NCBI GenBank assembly: GCA_041937175.2
Contig: CP166615.1
Span: forward strand, 480,001 to 544,000
Direction: 5' to 3'
Source: Limnothrix sp. BL-A-16
GTDB lineage: Bacteria > Cyanobacteriota > Cyanobacteriia > CACIAM-69d
DNA: 64,000 bases
Shown here: piece after piece, positions 42,458-52,719 of the stretch
Layout of the letters: every line of letters starts with the position of its first letter
Position numbering within the stretch: the first letter of the stretch is position 1
Position numbers and translations under genes: made by a program
Notes under the pieces: generated by a model
What the model was told of the DNA's origin: nothing
Database searches by the model: none
What the model saw: the letters and a program-made list of their open reading frames with translations, nothing else

Positions 42458-43114
42458 GATTTTCGCAGAATGGGGTTAAACAAAAAGGGGTTTGGCTATG
42501 TTGAGCTTGAAGTGGCTCTATCGTAGTGGGTTTTGCCAATTAATGGCGATCTCGAGGGCCAGTGGGGGTGTGGTTAGGAATGATTTTTAATAATTTTTTG
42601 TTGTTATCAATATAAGAAATCAAAATAGACCATCAAATGATCGGGATCAGGGCAGATCATGGGGGCATTATCCAAACCATTGCCAGCCATGCTCCAACAG
42701 GGAGCCAGTGGTTGACTCTGGAAGATTGCTCGGGGTAGCCCTGGGTTTCTTGCCAGGGTGATACGTAGGGTAATACAGGGATAATTTAACTCAATCGCCT
42801 GGTAATGGTTGGTGACCCCGTTGGCGAAGGGCGGTGATGATTTGGGGGTTCACTGGGGCGATCGCCTTGCAGAACCGGTGTTGCAACCTCTAGGGAGCGG
42901 GCGATCGGGCAGGGGCGACCCACAGCGAAGGACAGCCAACACCAGAGATCCCAGATCCCCTCAAAAAGTTGAAACCATATAGATTTTTGAAACCATAGAA
43001 GAACTAGGGCGATCGGCCATTTGGCCGCCGAAAGCACCGGAAAGTCCTATGGAGGCAGAGTCGGGAAGAACCCAGCGTTGCGAACCCTGGATAACAGAAA
43101 ATTGGGAAATACAA

Positions 43115-43188
43115 TCGGGATGACTGGATTCGAACCAGCGGCCCCCTCGACCCGAACGAGGTGCGCTACCAAGCTGCGCTACATCCCG
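43115..43188 (-). tRNA. tRNA-Pro(CGG), CCA not encoded
   Basis: Minus strand reads CGGGATGTAGCGCAGCTTGGTAGCGCACCTCG-TTCGGGT-CGAGG...GGTTCGAATCC...CATCCCGA; anticodon CGG. Confidence 0.96.
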
Positions 43189-43406
43189 AGACAGATTCCG
43201 CGATCGAGCCAGTGATTTGACCGGCGCGAAATTTGACCTTCAGAATTATAGGGGATGGTAAGCCATTTGCACGCAACTGGACGAGGAATTTTTTTATTTT
43301 TTTCGCGCCATTTTCTTATGCGCCATTGTCTTGCGCGCCGGGTTTGACCAGCCCCCTCTTGCCAGACCTGTTTTTATCACTCGTCTCGCTCAGCCCAGCC
43401 CTCGGC

Positions 43407-45437
43407 CTACAAAACCGATTCAGCCAGCGCCCCATCCACCGCCGTTTCCCGAAACTGGATCGAATCCTGGCGTGGATCCGCGTGGCTCACTTCCAACCAG
43501 AGGCGATCGCCCGGTGATAGATCGCGATGGAACCGCGTTGCCAGCTCCACCCCCAAATCCTCCAGCAGCACCGCCGCCAGACCGTCATCTTCGCGCAACC
43601 ATCGCAACATCAAGGTTTGCCAGGGGCCGCGGTTGCGCCGTAAATATTCCAAGATCCAATAGCGCGTGGTTTGACGTTCCACCAAAGTGGCCTCGTAGGC
43701 CGTGGAACTCACCCCTTGCACCAACTCCTGCATTTCATTAATCGAAAAGGGCAGGGTTTCGCCCCGCAGGTGCGCCTTAATTTGAAAGTGACCCAATAAA
43801 TCGGTGTAGCGGCGAATGGGTGAGGTGATTTGGGTGTAGGTATCCAGGGCGAGGCTGGAGTGGCGGGCGGGCGTGGTGCTCATTTCGCTGCGGGGCATAC
43901 AGCGGCGGATGGCACAGGCCCGCACGGGGCCCGCTGGCAACAGCATCAATTCTTCTGCGGGGGGAAGTTCCGGTTGGGGTTGGCTGCGGAAGGGCATCGG
44001 CAGGCTATTTTCTTGGCCGTAGCGGGCAGCCACTTCCCCGGCCAGAATCATCATTTCCGCCACCAGTCCCCGTGCGGCAGAATCGCCCAGGACTCGGATT
44101 TCAATTTCGTCATCCTTGACGGCGATCGAGGTTTCGGGCATTTCAATGCGGATTGCCCCTTGGCTGGCCCGCCAGCTTTCGCGGCGCTTGGCCCACTTGG
44201 CCAGGGCTGTGAGTTGTGGCTCGTCGGTGATGCCCAAATCGAGCATTTCGTCCACGTCGTCGTAGGTGAGGCGATAGGTGGGTTTGACGTGACTGGCGCG
44301 AATTTGGTAGTCCGCGACGGAGCCATCTTCGTTGAGCACGATGCCGAAGCTGAGGGCACAGCACTGCCGACCTTGTACGAGGCTCATGGGGCCGGTGGCC
44401 AGTTCGTGCGGAAACATGGGCACGGGGCCCGTGGGTAAATAGACGGTGGTGGCGCGGCGGCGGGCTTCGAGGTCTAGCTCGTTTCCGGGTTCTAGCCAGC
44501 GGGTGGGATCGGCAATATGTACCCAAATGCGCTCGGTGCCATCGCTGAGGAATTCTAGGCTGAGACCGTCGTCAATTTCGCGGGTGCTTTCGTCGTCGAT
44601 CGTGTAGGTTTTGAGGTGAACGAGGTCGAGCCGATCGCGATCCAGATCGGGGGGTGGGGATTCGAGGTACGCACGGGCCACATCAAGCACCTTGGCAGAA
44701 AAACGGGTGGGCAGTTGCGATCGCCGCAAGTGCAAATTTTCGTGGGGACTCCACAGGCCCAAGGCCACAAGCAGATCAAATGCACCGCGTTCGGTGGTCG
44801 GGCGATCGAGCTTTGCGAGTAAGTCTAACGCAGCCGATCGATTGGTCATTTCATCGCCTTGAACGGCATACCGTTCCAGTAATTCAAGGCGCTGACGAAA
44901 TGGCGAATCGTCGGGAATTTCGGGGCGATCGCCCGGGTTGCTGATGGCCGATTGAACCCACTCGCAAAAGGCCTGCTGTTCCTGTTCTCGCTGCCGGGTC
45001 AGCTCCTGTTGACGGCGCATTTCTGAGACTTGGCTAGCGGGTCGAGGTTCGTAGCGATCGCCCTTCTGCTTAAAAAATAGCTTATCCTCGCTCAGCATCC
45101 GGTGAGCAGCGTAACAAGTGACCGGCGAAGCTTCCGAAAAAAGAATTAGGCTCAATTCCTTGGCATCCACGGCGCGGTTGTCTTCCTCGCACAGCAGTTC
45201 CCAAGCCACTTCCAAACTGTCGGGGTCAAAGTAAGGCGCTGTGGCGGCTCGAAAGGCAGCAATGTCGGCGGGCTGAAACCCACCCCCAACGGTGTAGGTC
45301 ACATCCTGGGGACGAATCTTATAGCTCTTGCCCTGCTCGCCGATCGCGATGAAGAGTTTTTTGCCTTCCGGGCGATCGATTGTGGCCAACACCCGCTCGT
45401 CATCGAGTCGCAATTCAACCAGCGTTCCTTTGTCCAT
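43407..45437 (-). CDS. rnb: RNase II/R family exoribonuclease
   Basis: TIDDESTREIDDGLS, VHIAD, TVYLP, EMMILA, YTQITSPIRRYTDL. Confidence 0.94.
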   Translation of the reverse strand: MDKGTLVELRLDDERVLATIDRPEGKKLFIAIGEQGKSYKIRPQDVTYTVGGGFQPADIAAFRAATAPYFDPDSLEVAWELLCEEDNRAVDAKELSLILFSEASPVTCYAAHRMLSEDKLFFKQKGDRYEPRPASQVSEMRRQQELTRQREQEQQAFCEWVQSAISNPGDRPEIPDDSPFRQRLELLERYAVQGDEMTNRSAALDLLAKLDRPTTERGAFDLLVALGLWSPHENLHLRRSQLPTRFSAKVLDVARAYLESPPPDLDRDRLDLVHLKTYTIDDESTREIDDGLSLEFLSDGTERIWVHIADPTRWLEPGNELDLEARRRATTVYLPTGPVPMFPHELATGPMSLVQGRQCCALSFGIVLNEDGSVADYQIRASHVKPTYRLTYDDVDEMLDLGITDEPQLTALAKWAKRRESWRASQGAIRIEMPETSIAVKDDEIEIRVLGDSAARGLVAEMMILAGEVAARYGQENSLPMPFRSQPQPELPPAEELMLLPAGPVRACAIRRCMPRSEMSTTPARHSSLALDTYTQITSPIRRYTDLLGHFQIKAHLRGETLPFSINEMQELVQGVSSTAYEATLVERQTTRYWILEYLRRNRGPWQTLMLRWLREDDGLAAVLLEDLGVELATRFHRDLSPGDRLWLEVSHADPRQDSIQFRETAVDGALAESVL

Positions 45438-45691
45438 AGACTCGACACCAAGCCTGCACAGTTCGGCTCTTAGTGTAGGGGATTGGCTGGGCCCGCGAAC
45501 CGATCGCCCGGGAGAGGTTGTCGGCCGGAATTCGGAGGGTTAATCAACCGGTGGGTTAGGTTGAATGGACACATACAATTGCTTTCAATTGCCTTCAATC
45601 GCTTGTGGCTCCAACGTTGAGTTTCAATGTTGAGTTTTGCCATTGCTGTCAACCTCGCTGTAATCACCTCGCGGTCAGTCGCTGAAAATCT

Positions 45692-46525
45692 ATGGCTCCC
45701 TCAACGGTTAATCTGCCCTACTTCGATGCTTTGTTGGGCTTGCTGGATCGATCGCCCGCCGTGCAAACGGCCTTCCGCCGCCATGTCCATTGGGGTTACT
45801 GGGCCGATCCCGATCGGGCCCAAATCAGTCCCGCCGCCTTTGATGAAGCGGCCGAGCAGCTCACCCGTGAGGTGTATGGCACAACGCGGATTCAAAATGG
45901 GGCCAAGGTGCTGGATGTGGGCTGCGGGTTTGGCGGCACGATCGCCAGCCTGAATCAACAATTTTCAAACCTACAACTGACGGGGGTGAACATTGACCCG
46001 CGCCAGCTCGATCGGGCGAAACAGTGGGTGATTCCGCAAAATAACAACACCATTGAATGGGTGGAGGCTAACGCGATCGAGCTGCCTTTTCCGGATGCGT
46101 CTTTTGATGTGGTGTTGGCGGTGGAATGTATTTTTCACTTTCCTGATCGACAGCGATTTTTCCAAGAGGTGCGCCGGGTTCTGAAACCGAGTGGTCAACT
46201 GGCCATTTCAGACTTTTTGCCCAGTGATTTGTTAGCACTGTTGCCCAATCTCAAATCTCCCCTTGATAGCGCTGGCTTTTATGGCGGATTTGATGTGACC
46301 TATACTCTCAATTCCTATCGAAATTTGGCCCAAGAAACAGGATTTCGCCTCACCCAGGCTCGGGATATCACGGCGGAAACTTTGCCAACCTATAGTTGTT
46401 TTCGATCGATGGCGGTTGATAATCAATGGTTCGATCCGTCAGCGATGGTGCAAACTTTGGCGATTGAGCTGGCTAGCCGTCTGCGGGCGCTCAACTATTG
46501 GATTTTGCAGTTCGATCGTTGGTAA
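45692..46525 (+). CDS. Class I SAM-dependent small-molecule methyltransferase
   Basis: HVHWGYW, VLDVGCGFGG, LPFPDASFD, VECIFHF, RVLKPSG. Confidence 0.9.
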   Translation: MAPSTVNLPYFDALLGLLDRSPAVQTAFRRHVHWGYWADPDRAQISPAAFDEAAEQLTREVYGTTRIQNGAKVLDVGCGFGGTIASLNQQFSNLQLTGVNIDPRQLDRAKQWVIPQNNNTIEWVEANAIELPFPDASFDVVLAVECIFHFPDRQRFFQEVRRVLKPSGQLAISDFLPSDLLALLPNLKSPLDSAGFYGGFDVTYTLNSYRNLAQETGFRLTQARDITAETLPTYSCFRSMAVDNQWFDPSAMVQTLAIELASRLRALNYWILQFDRW

Positions 46526-46683
46526 ATCTTGGGTGCGCAGCTCTGAAGCCTTGAAGCTTGCAAGTGTTTAAGCCTGCCAGTAGATTTTTCAGTTCATGAA
46601 TGTTTCAGCTCGTCAATCCATTAGTTCATCTAGTTCATTAATCCATTAGTTCATCAGTCCTTGAGACAGGAGATCTTGAAAAC

Positions 46684-47577
46684 GTGTCTTCAAATATGAA
46701 TCGATCGCCCATTACCGGTAAAACGCGATTGCTCGGCGTGATTGGGGATCCCATTGGCCATTCCCTCTCGCCAGTGATGCATAACCAGGCGATCGCCAGT
46801 TTGGGGGCCGATGCGGTTTATGTGGCTTTTCCGGTCAAGCCCGCAGACTTGACTAGGGCGATGGATGGCTTTGCGGCGGTGGAGGTGTTGGGTCTGAGCG
46901 TCACCATTCCCCATAAGCAGGCGGTGATGCCCCTGTTGGCCGAAATTTCCGACGTGGCCCGATCGGTTGGGGCCGTGAACACCCTGTGGCGAACTGATCG
47001 GGGCTGGGCCGGCACCAACACCGACGTGGACGGCTTCGTGGCCCCGCTCAAGGTGTTACGCGCCCATTGGCAGGGGGCCACGGCCCTGGTGTTGGGCACG
47101 GGGGGCGCGGCCCGAGCCGTAATTGCCGGAGCCAAACTTCTGGGGTGCGATCGGGTGGTGGTGGCCGGGCGCGACCCCCAAAAACTGGCGGCCCTGCAAC
47201 AGCACTTTGGGCCCCCAAACCCCCTGGCGATCGCCCTAGAAACGCTGTTGTGGTCAGACCTCGATCGGGTGCTTCCGGCCGCCGATTTGCTGGTGAACTC
47301 CACTCCTGTGGGAATGCATCCCTTGGCGGCCGACTCGCCCCTTTCGATCGGCCAATTGGCCCTGCTACCCCCCAGCAGCATTGCCTACGATTTGATTTAT
47401 ACGCCGCGTCCCACTTGCTTGCTGCAAATGGCGGGCGATCGGGGCTTGCAAACGATCGATGGGCTGGAAATGTTGGTGCAACAAGGGGCGGTGGCCCTGT
47501 CCCGCTGGTTGGGTCAGCCGGCCCCGGTGGCCGTGATGCGATCGGCCGTGGAGGCGTTTTTGACCCCCGGATCCTGA
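46684..47577 (+). CDS. aroE: Shikimate dehydrogenase
   Basis: IGHSLSPVMHN, VTIPHK, GAVNT, NTDVDG, GTGGAARA, DGLEMLVQQG. Confidence 0.96.
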   Translation: MSSNMNRSPITGKTRLLGVIGDPIGHSLSPVMHNQAIASLGADAVYVAFPVKPADLTRAMDGFAAVEVLGLSVTIPHKQAVMPLLAEISDVARSVGAVNTLWRTDRGWAGTNTDVDGFVAPLKVLRAHWQGATALVLGTGGAARAVIAGAKLLGCDRVVVAGRDPQKLAALQQHFGPPNPLAIALETLLWSDLDRVLPAADLLVNSTPVGMHPLAADSPLSIGQLALLPPSSIAYDLIYTPRPTCLLQMAGDRGLQTIDGLEMLVQQGAVALSRWLGQPAPVAVMRSAVEAFLTPGS

Positions 47578-47804
47578 CCGATGCTGTGATGGCTGGATGG
47601 TCTGGATCAATTCCAGATGAATTCCAAATGAATTTTTAGATGTGTTTTAGATCGGTTCCGGATGGATTCTGGATAGCGCCTGCCAGTGATTTTCTGGATG
47701 ATGGTTCATCCGAGTTCATCCCGAATTGATCTGAACGATTGACTAGCTGTTGATGATGTTGACTAGCCCTTTTTGAGACCTCCCCCGAGAGTCTGAAATC
47801 TCGA

Positions 47805-49712
47805 ATGAATCGATCGACGATCGTGCCCGCATTGGCCGCTGCTGCCTTTACCCTGCTGTCCTCCGTTGCGGCTTGGGTGGTGGATGATATCGCCCGTGAT
47901 CGATTCGTTGGAGAAGCCCGATCCAGCCTCTTGGCCCGCCTGAGCGCCAAGCGGGCCCGGCTGGAATCGGCCCTGAACGCTCGCATTCAAACGGCCCAAG
48001 GGATTATTCCCTACGAGCTGAATGCGGGGCCCCTGTCCCAAGGCCAGTTCAGCGCCTTTGTGCGATCGCTCATGCAGCAGCAACAGGGGGTGATTGCGGT
48101 GTTGTTGGTGCGATCGGCCCAGCCCGGTCAACCGCCGCCTCTGAACGATCCCCAAGCACTGCAAATCTTGGCCTATCCACCAAACACGGAAACCCAAGCC
48201 GTTTTGGATGACTACCGCCAACAACAACAGCGGTTTAAACGTCTGATTCCCAGTGGTCTTATTTCCCGACTGCCCCAGCCCTACACCAACCGGGCACGCT
48301 ACTTGGGCTACATCCCCGTTTGCGACGGGCGCTGCTCCAGTCGATCGCCCCTGCTGGGCATGGTGGTTGTGATCTTTGATGAGCTGGCCCTGCTGGCGGA
48401 TGCGGACTTGCTCAACAACGACAACAGCACGGAATACGCCATCTATGAGCATGGGGCCAATGGGGTGGGACGGTTGCTGTTTGGGTCGGCCACGGTGTTC
48501 GATCGCGATCCGGTGATTCTGGAAATTCCGTTGCTTACGGGGCGCTGGCAACTGGCCGCCGTGCCCACCCAAGGTTGGACAGTGGTGTCCACTTCCATGC
48601 TCTGGTTGCGGGTGGGCGAAGTGGTGGCGATCGTCCTGGGCACGGTGTTGACCTTCCTGCTGGTGCGCCAACCGATGCGGCTGCGGGTGGCGATCGCCCA
48701 AACCCGCGAAACCAACCGCCTGCTGCGAGAAGAAATTCTCGATCGACAACTGGCCGAAGCCAAATTGCAAAGCCTGGCGGAACAACTGGAGCAACGGGTG
48801 TTGGAGCGCACCGCCGAACTGTCCAAAGCCCTAGAACAGGTGCAAAAAGCGCAGGTGCAGGTTGTTCAGTCCGAAAAAATGTCCAGCCTGGGGCAGTTGG
48901 TGGCCGGCGTGGCCCACGAAATCAATAACCCGATCAACTTCATCTACGGCAATTTGGGCCATGCAAAGGAGTATATCCACGGCCTGTTGGGTTTTTTAGA
49001 GCTATTGCACCAGGAGCAGCCGGAACTGTCCCCCACCTTAGCGGCCTATGCCGAGGCGATCGACCTGGAATTTCTGGAGGACGACTTGCCACAACTCCTG
49101 AAATCCATGGAAATTGGTTCCGAGCGCATTTGCGGCATCGTGCAATCGTTGCGGATTTTTTCCCGATTGGATGAATCGGATCTGAAGCGGGTGGACATCC
49201 ACGAGGGCATTGACAGCACCCTGACAATCTTGAACCATCGCTTGAAAGGCAGCGAAACCCAACCGGCCATCATCATCCACCGCGACTACGATCCGGCCAT
49301 GCCTTCGGTGGAATGCTATGCGGGTCAGCTCAACCAGGTGTTTATGAACCTGTTGGTGAACGCGATCGATGCCTTGGAAGAGTTTGGCACGTTGGATCCA
49401 CAGATTACGATCGTCACGACCCTGCTGGATCCCAATCAGCTTCAAATCCGAATTACCGACAACGGCCCAGGCATTGCCACGGCGGCCCAATCCAAGATTT
49501 TTGATGCTTTTTTCACAACGAAGCCGGTGGGCAAAGGAACGGGGATGGGGCTGTCCATCTCCTATCAGGTGGTGGCCGATCGGCACAAGGGATCGCTGGA
49601 ATGCGTGACAGAGCCGGGCCAGGGAGCCACGTTTGTAATCACCATCCCGATCGAGCAACGGCCCGTCCCTGCGGCCTCTGCGGCAATTGACCCGGTCTCC
49701 TTAACAACCTAG
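47805..49712 (+). CDS. Membrane sensor histidine kinase (CHASE-like input)
   Basis: Two transmembrane helices; AHEINNP H-box, NLLVNAIDA, DNGPG, TTKPVGKGTGMGL. Confidence 0.92.
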   Translation: MNRSTIVPALAAAAFTLLSSVAAWVVDDIARDRFVGEARSSLLARLSAKRARLESALNARIQTAQGIIPYELNAGPLSQGQFSAFVRSLMQQQQGVIAVLLVRSAQPGQPPPLNDPQALQILAYPPNTETQAVLDDYRQQQQRFKRLIPSGLISRLPQPYTNRARYLGYIPVCDGRCSSRSPLLGMVVVIFDELALLADADLLNNDNSTEYAIYEHGANGVGRLLFGSATVFDRDPVILEIPLLTGRWQLAAVPTQGWTVVSTSMLWLRVGEVVAIVLGTVLTFLLVRQPMRLRVAIAQTRETNRLLREEILDRQLAEAKLQSLAEQLEQRVLERTAELSKALEQVQKAQVQVVQSEKMSSLGQLVAGVAHEINNPINFIYGNLGHAKEYIHGLLGFLELLHQEQPELSPTLAAYAEAIDLEFLEDDLPQLLKSMEIGSERICGIVQSLRIFSRLDESDLKRVDIHEGIDSTLTILNHRLKGSETQPAIIIHRDYDPAMPSVECYAGQLNQVFMNLLVNAIDALEEFGTLDPQITIVTTLLDPNQLQIRITDNGPGIATAAQSKIFDAFFTTKPVGKGTGMGLSISYQVVADRHKGSLECVTEPGQGATFVITIPIEQRPVPAASAAIDPVSLTT

Positions 49713-50188
49713 GGCCGATCGCAAAACTCATCAAAACGCAAGAAAAGACTCCCCAGTCCAGAACCCTGAAAGCTAGGATCGAATCGTCAGGAATCTTTTC
49801 TTGGGCCGAAGCAAGTCTGATGGGCTGATTGCTGATGATGATCAGCACCGGGCTTGCGCAATCAGGGTTGGTGCATCGCCTGGGTTAAATCACGGTTCAT
49901 GGATGAGTTGGCGATCGGCGATTGGTGATTAAGATGGGCGACTCATGATTAGCCACCCGCGATCGGCGATTCATCACCCGGGATCAGTCAATTTGGTGAC
50001 TGAGGCAACGTTCTTGGCCAATGGGCGAACGCGGGCCGGGTTTCCACAGCAGCGCCCCTTGCCCCAGCATGTTGATCAGTCCTGTTGGTTCCATTGATTC
50101 AGTTGATTCGGTCTTGGCCGTCCTTAACCCAGTCTTTCAAAACCGTTTATTTGTCGGGGATGTTTCGGAGAGTTAGGGTTAATCAACA

Positions 50189-52441
50189 ATGTCAGAATCC
50201 AGTACCCCTTCAGCAACCACCCTCAGAATCCTTGAGGCGGGCCAATCCATTCTGCCGATCGAAGTGCAACCCCCTGCGGACTTAGACAGCACCACGGCCG
50301 ATGCTGCCGCCACGGACTCCGCCATGGATTCCGCCATTGATCAGAATTCCCCCATTGAGCGCCTGTTATCGACTGCCAGCGAAACGATGGTGGATGTTGT
50401 GACCCATAGCCAAGTGTTGCTTGCGGTGGTGCAGCCGGACAGCTTTGAAGTGGACATGGCCAATGCGGCGTTTTGTCAGGCGGTGAAGCTGGCCGGTCGC
50501 CAGGAGTCGGTGCGTGGTTTGGTGGCCGTTGGCCGATCGCTCGCGGATTTGTTGCCGGGATTAGAAACCGAAGTCTTGCGCGATTGGCTGCGACGACAGG
50601 TGGCCTACCGCCTGTTGCTCGATCGCCACCCCAAGGACAGCCGAATTCGGCGGCTGTTGAATGCGCCGAAGTTGGTGCAAGTGGCCGATCGCTGGTTGGA
50701 ATTGTGGATGCGGCCGGGGGCCTTGGTGTTTGAGTCGATCGCCCCCGATGTGCAAACCCTGATGGAAGCCTCCACTTCCTTACCCTCCTTTGAAAGCGCG
50801 TTCCAGTTGGAATGGTGCCAATTTAAGGGGCAACTGTTGTTGGAAGGGTGGGATGTGACCGCGCGGGAGCAACTACGCCGGTTGGGTCGCCTGTTGCTGA
50901 ATGGCCATTCCATCCTGCAGCCGGAGAAGTTCCGGGAGGTGGGGCAATCCATGCGATCGCTCTTTTCCGGCGATGCCACCTTTGTGTTGCGCACCGATGG
51001 CGATCGGCTGCAATTAACCCTGGGGAATGAGGCGCGGCTACGCACCGTCCGGGGCTACGACCTGGGAGATTTGCGCGAGTCGCCCTGTTTAGCGGCCATG
51101 CAGTTGGAGCGGGTGACGATCGTTCGGGATTTGGCCACCCAGGCCGTCACCCCCCTAGAGCAGGATTTGCGCGATCGCGGGGCCCGATCGCTGTTGTTGA
51201 TTCCCCTGTTGCTGCGAGATAAGGCGGGCGATCGGCCACCCCTATTGATGGGGTTAGTGGGGGTGGCCAGTCGCCTGCCTGATAACTTTGACCTGCTGGA
51301 CATCAATCGAGCGGAACTGCTGCAACCTTCTTTAGCTGTGGCCCTGCGCCAGGCCGGCCAGTCCCACTTCAGCAACATTCACCCGGCCGTGGAATGGAAA
51401 TTTTTGCAGGAGGCAGAGCGGCGGAGTTGGGGCCTGCCACCCCAGCCGATCGCCTTTGAGAATGTTTATCCGCTCTATGGCATCTCCGACATTCGCGGTT
51501 CATCCCTCGCGCGCGATCGGGCCATTCAAACGGATTTGCTGTCCCAGTTTCGCCAAGCCCTGGCCATTCTGGACTGTGCTTGCGCGGCCAAAGATCTGCC
51601 CCTGTTGCGGCAACTGCGCTTGGACTTGCAGGAATATATCCACAACCTTGAAGGCGGCGTGACCGTGGAAGCGGAAGTGCGCGGGGCCCAATACCTGCGG
51701 GAAAACATTGAAGACGACTTGGACTATCTGGCAGGGCTAGATCCGGCCACCGCCGCCGCCGTCACCGCCTATCGCCAAGCTTGCGACAATCCCCATGGAG
51801 CCGTCTACGAAGCCCGCGCTGAATATGACCATTTGGTGAGTGAAATTAATCGTCGGATGCGGGAAACCTGGGATCGCTGCCAAAGCAAAATGCAGTCGAT
51901 CGCCCCCCACTACTGCGACATTGAATCCACCGACGGCATTGATCACATGATCTATGCCGGTGGCTCCATCTATCCCGACTTCACCAGCTTTCACCTCCGC
52001 AGCCTGCGGTACGAGCAACTGCGAGCCGTCTGTGCCTGTGCGCGGATGGGCTTTGAAATTGAGCGCACCCTCAGCGACCAATTACGCCTGACCCATCTCG
52101 TGTTAGTTCAGGGTTCTACGGTGGATATTCTGCATGATGAAAACACCGAAAAGCTCTTTGATGTGCGAGGAACCCGCGACACGCGCTATGAAATTGTCAA
52201 AAAGCGGATCGACAAGGCCCGCGACGCGATCACAGGGGAACGAATTACCCAGCCCGGCTGCCTCACGGTGGTTTATGCCACGGAGGATGAGGGCCACGAA
52301 TATCAAGAATATTTGCGCTACTTGGAACGCGAGGGCATGATTGGTTCCAAGCGCGAGAGCGGCGAGGTGGAATCGCTCCAGGGAGCCAATGGGTTGCGGT
52401 TTATCCGGGTGGCTGTGTTGCCGCCAGAACCCGATCGCTAA
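50189..52441 (+). CDS. GAF-domain protein with a putative divergent class III nucleotidyl-cyclase-like C-terminal domain
   Basis: PAS-like N-terminus; GAF (GARSLLLIPLL...GLVGVAS...F); C-terminal motifs SDIRGSS, STDG, FDVRG, QPG. The CDS call is solid; the cyclase call is inference. Confidence 0.8.
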   Translation: MSESSTPSATTLRILEAGQSILPIEVQPPADLDSTTADAAATDSAMDSAIDQNSPIERLLSTASETMVDVVTHSQVLLAVVQPDSFEVDMANAAFCQAVKLAGRQESVRGLVAVGRSLADLLPGLETEVLRDWLRRQVAYRLLLDRHPKDSRIRRLLNAPKLVQVADRWLELWMRPGALVFESIAPDVQTLMEASTSLPSFESAFQLEWCQFKGQLLLEGWDVTAREQLRRLGRLLLNGHSILQPEKFREVGQSMRSLFSGDATFVLRTDGDRLQLTLGNEARLRTVRGYDLGDLRESPCLAAMQLERVTIVRDLATQAVTPLEQDLRDRGARSLLLIPLLLRDKAGDRPPLLMGLVGVASRLPDNFDLLDINRAELLQPSLAVALRQAGQSHFSNIHPAVEWKFLQEAERRSWGLPPQPIAFENVYPLYGISDIRGSSLARDRAIQTDLLSQFRQALAILDCACAAKDLPLLRQLRLDLQEYIHNLEGGVTVEAEVRGAQYLRENIEDDLDYLAGLDPATAAAVTAYRQACDNPHGAVYEARAEYDHLVSEINRRMRETWDRCQSKMQSIAPHYCDIESTDGIDHMIYAGGSIYPDFTSFHLRSLRYEQLRAVCACARMGFEIERTLSDQLRLTHLVLVQGSTVDILHDENTEKLFDVRGTRDTRYEIVKKRIDKARDAITGERITQPGCLTVVYATEDEGHEYQEYLRYLEREGMIGSKRESGEVESLQGANGLRFIRVAVLPPEPDR

Positions 52442-52719
52442 CTTCAGGTCGATCGCCCTGGTGATAACACGGCGATTAATGACGTGGTGATTGATTCAGA
52501 ACGGTTGAGGATTGGCCCGGTGGATTATTAGTCGGGATTGCTGCTTGAGATCGCTCGTTGGGATCACTGGGCGATCGAACCGTTCGTAACCGGTGTAATT
52601 GTCCGGAATCGCGGGCTGCTTTGAGGATGGCCAGGGATAGGAAGTGGGCCCCGCAACCCAACTGTTGGGAAGCAGCCCCCCGATCGCTGTTGATTACTGT
52701 GGGGACGAAATAGGCGACT

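Noticed and set aside
38479..43188. kai cluster as an island integrated at tRNA-Pro
   Set aside because: No integrase and no duplicated tRNA 3' end seen; the kai genes look like canonical native orthologs.
47763..48794. Long antisense ORFs (this 343-aa one, also 33984-34874, 29716-30522, 38455-38979 and similar)
   Set aside because: Shadow frames of well-supported genes in GC-rich, codon-biased DNA.
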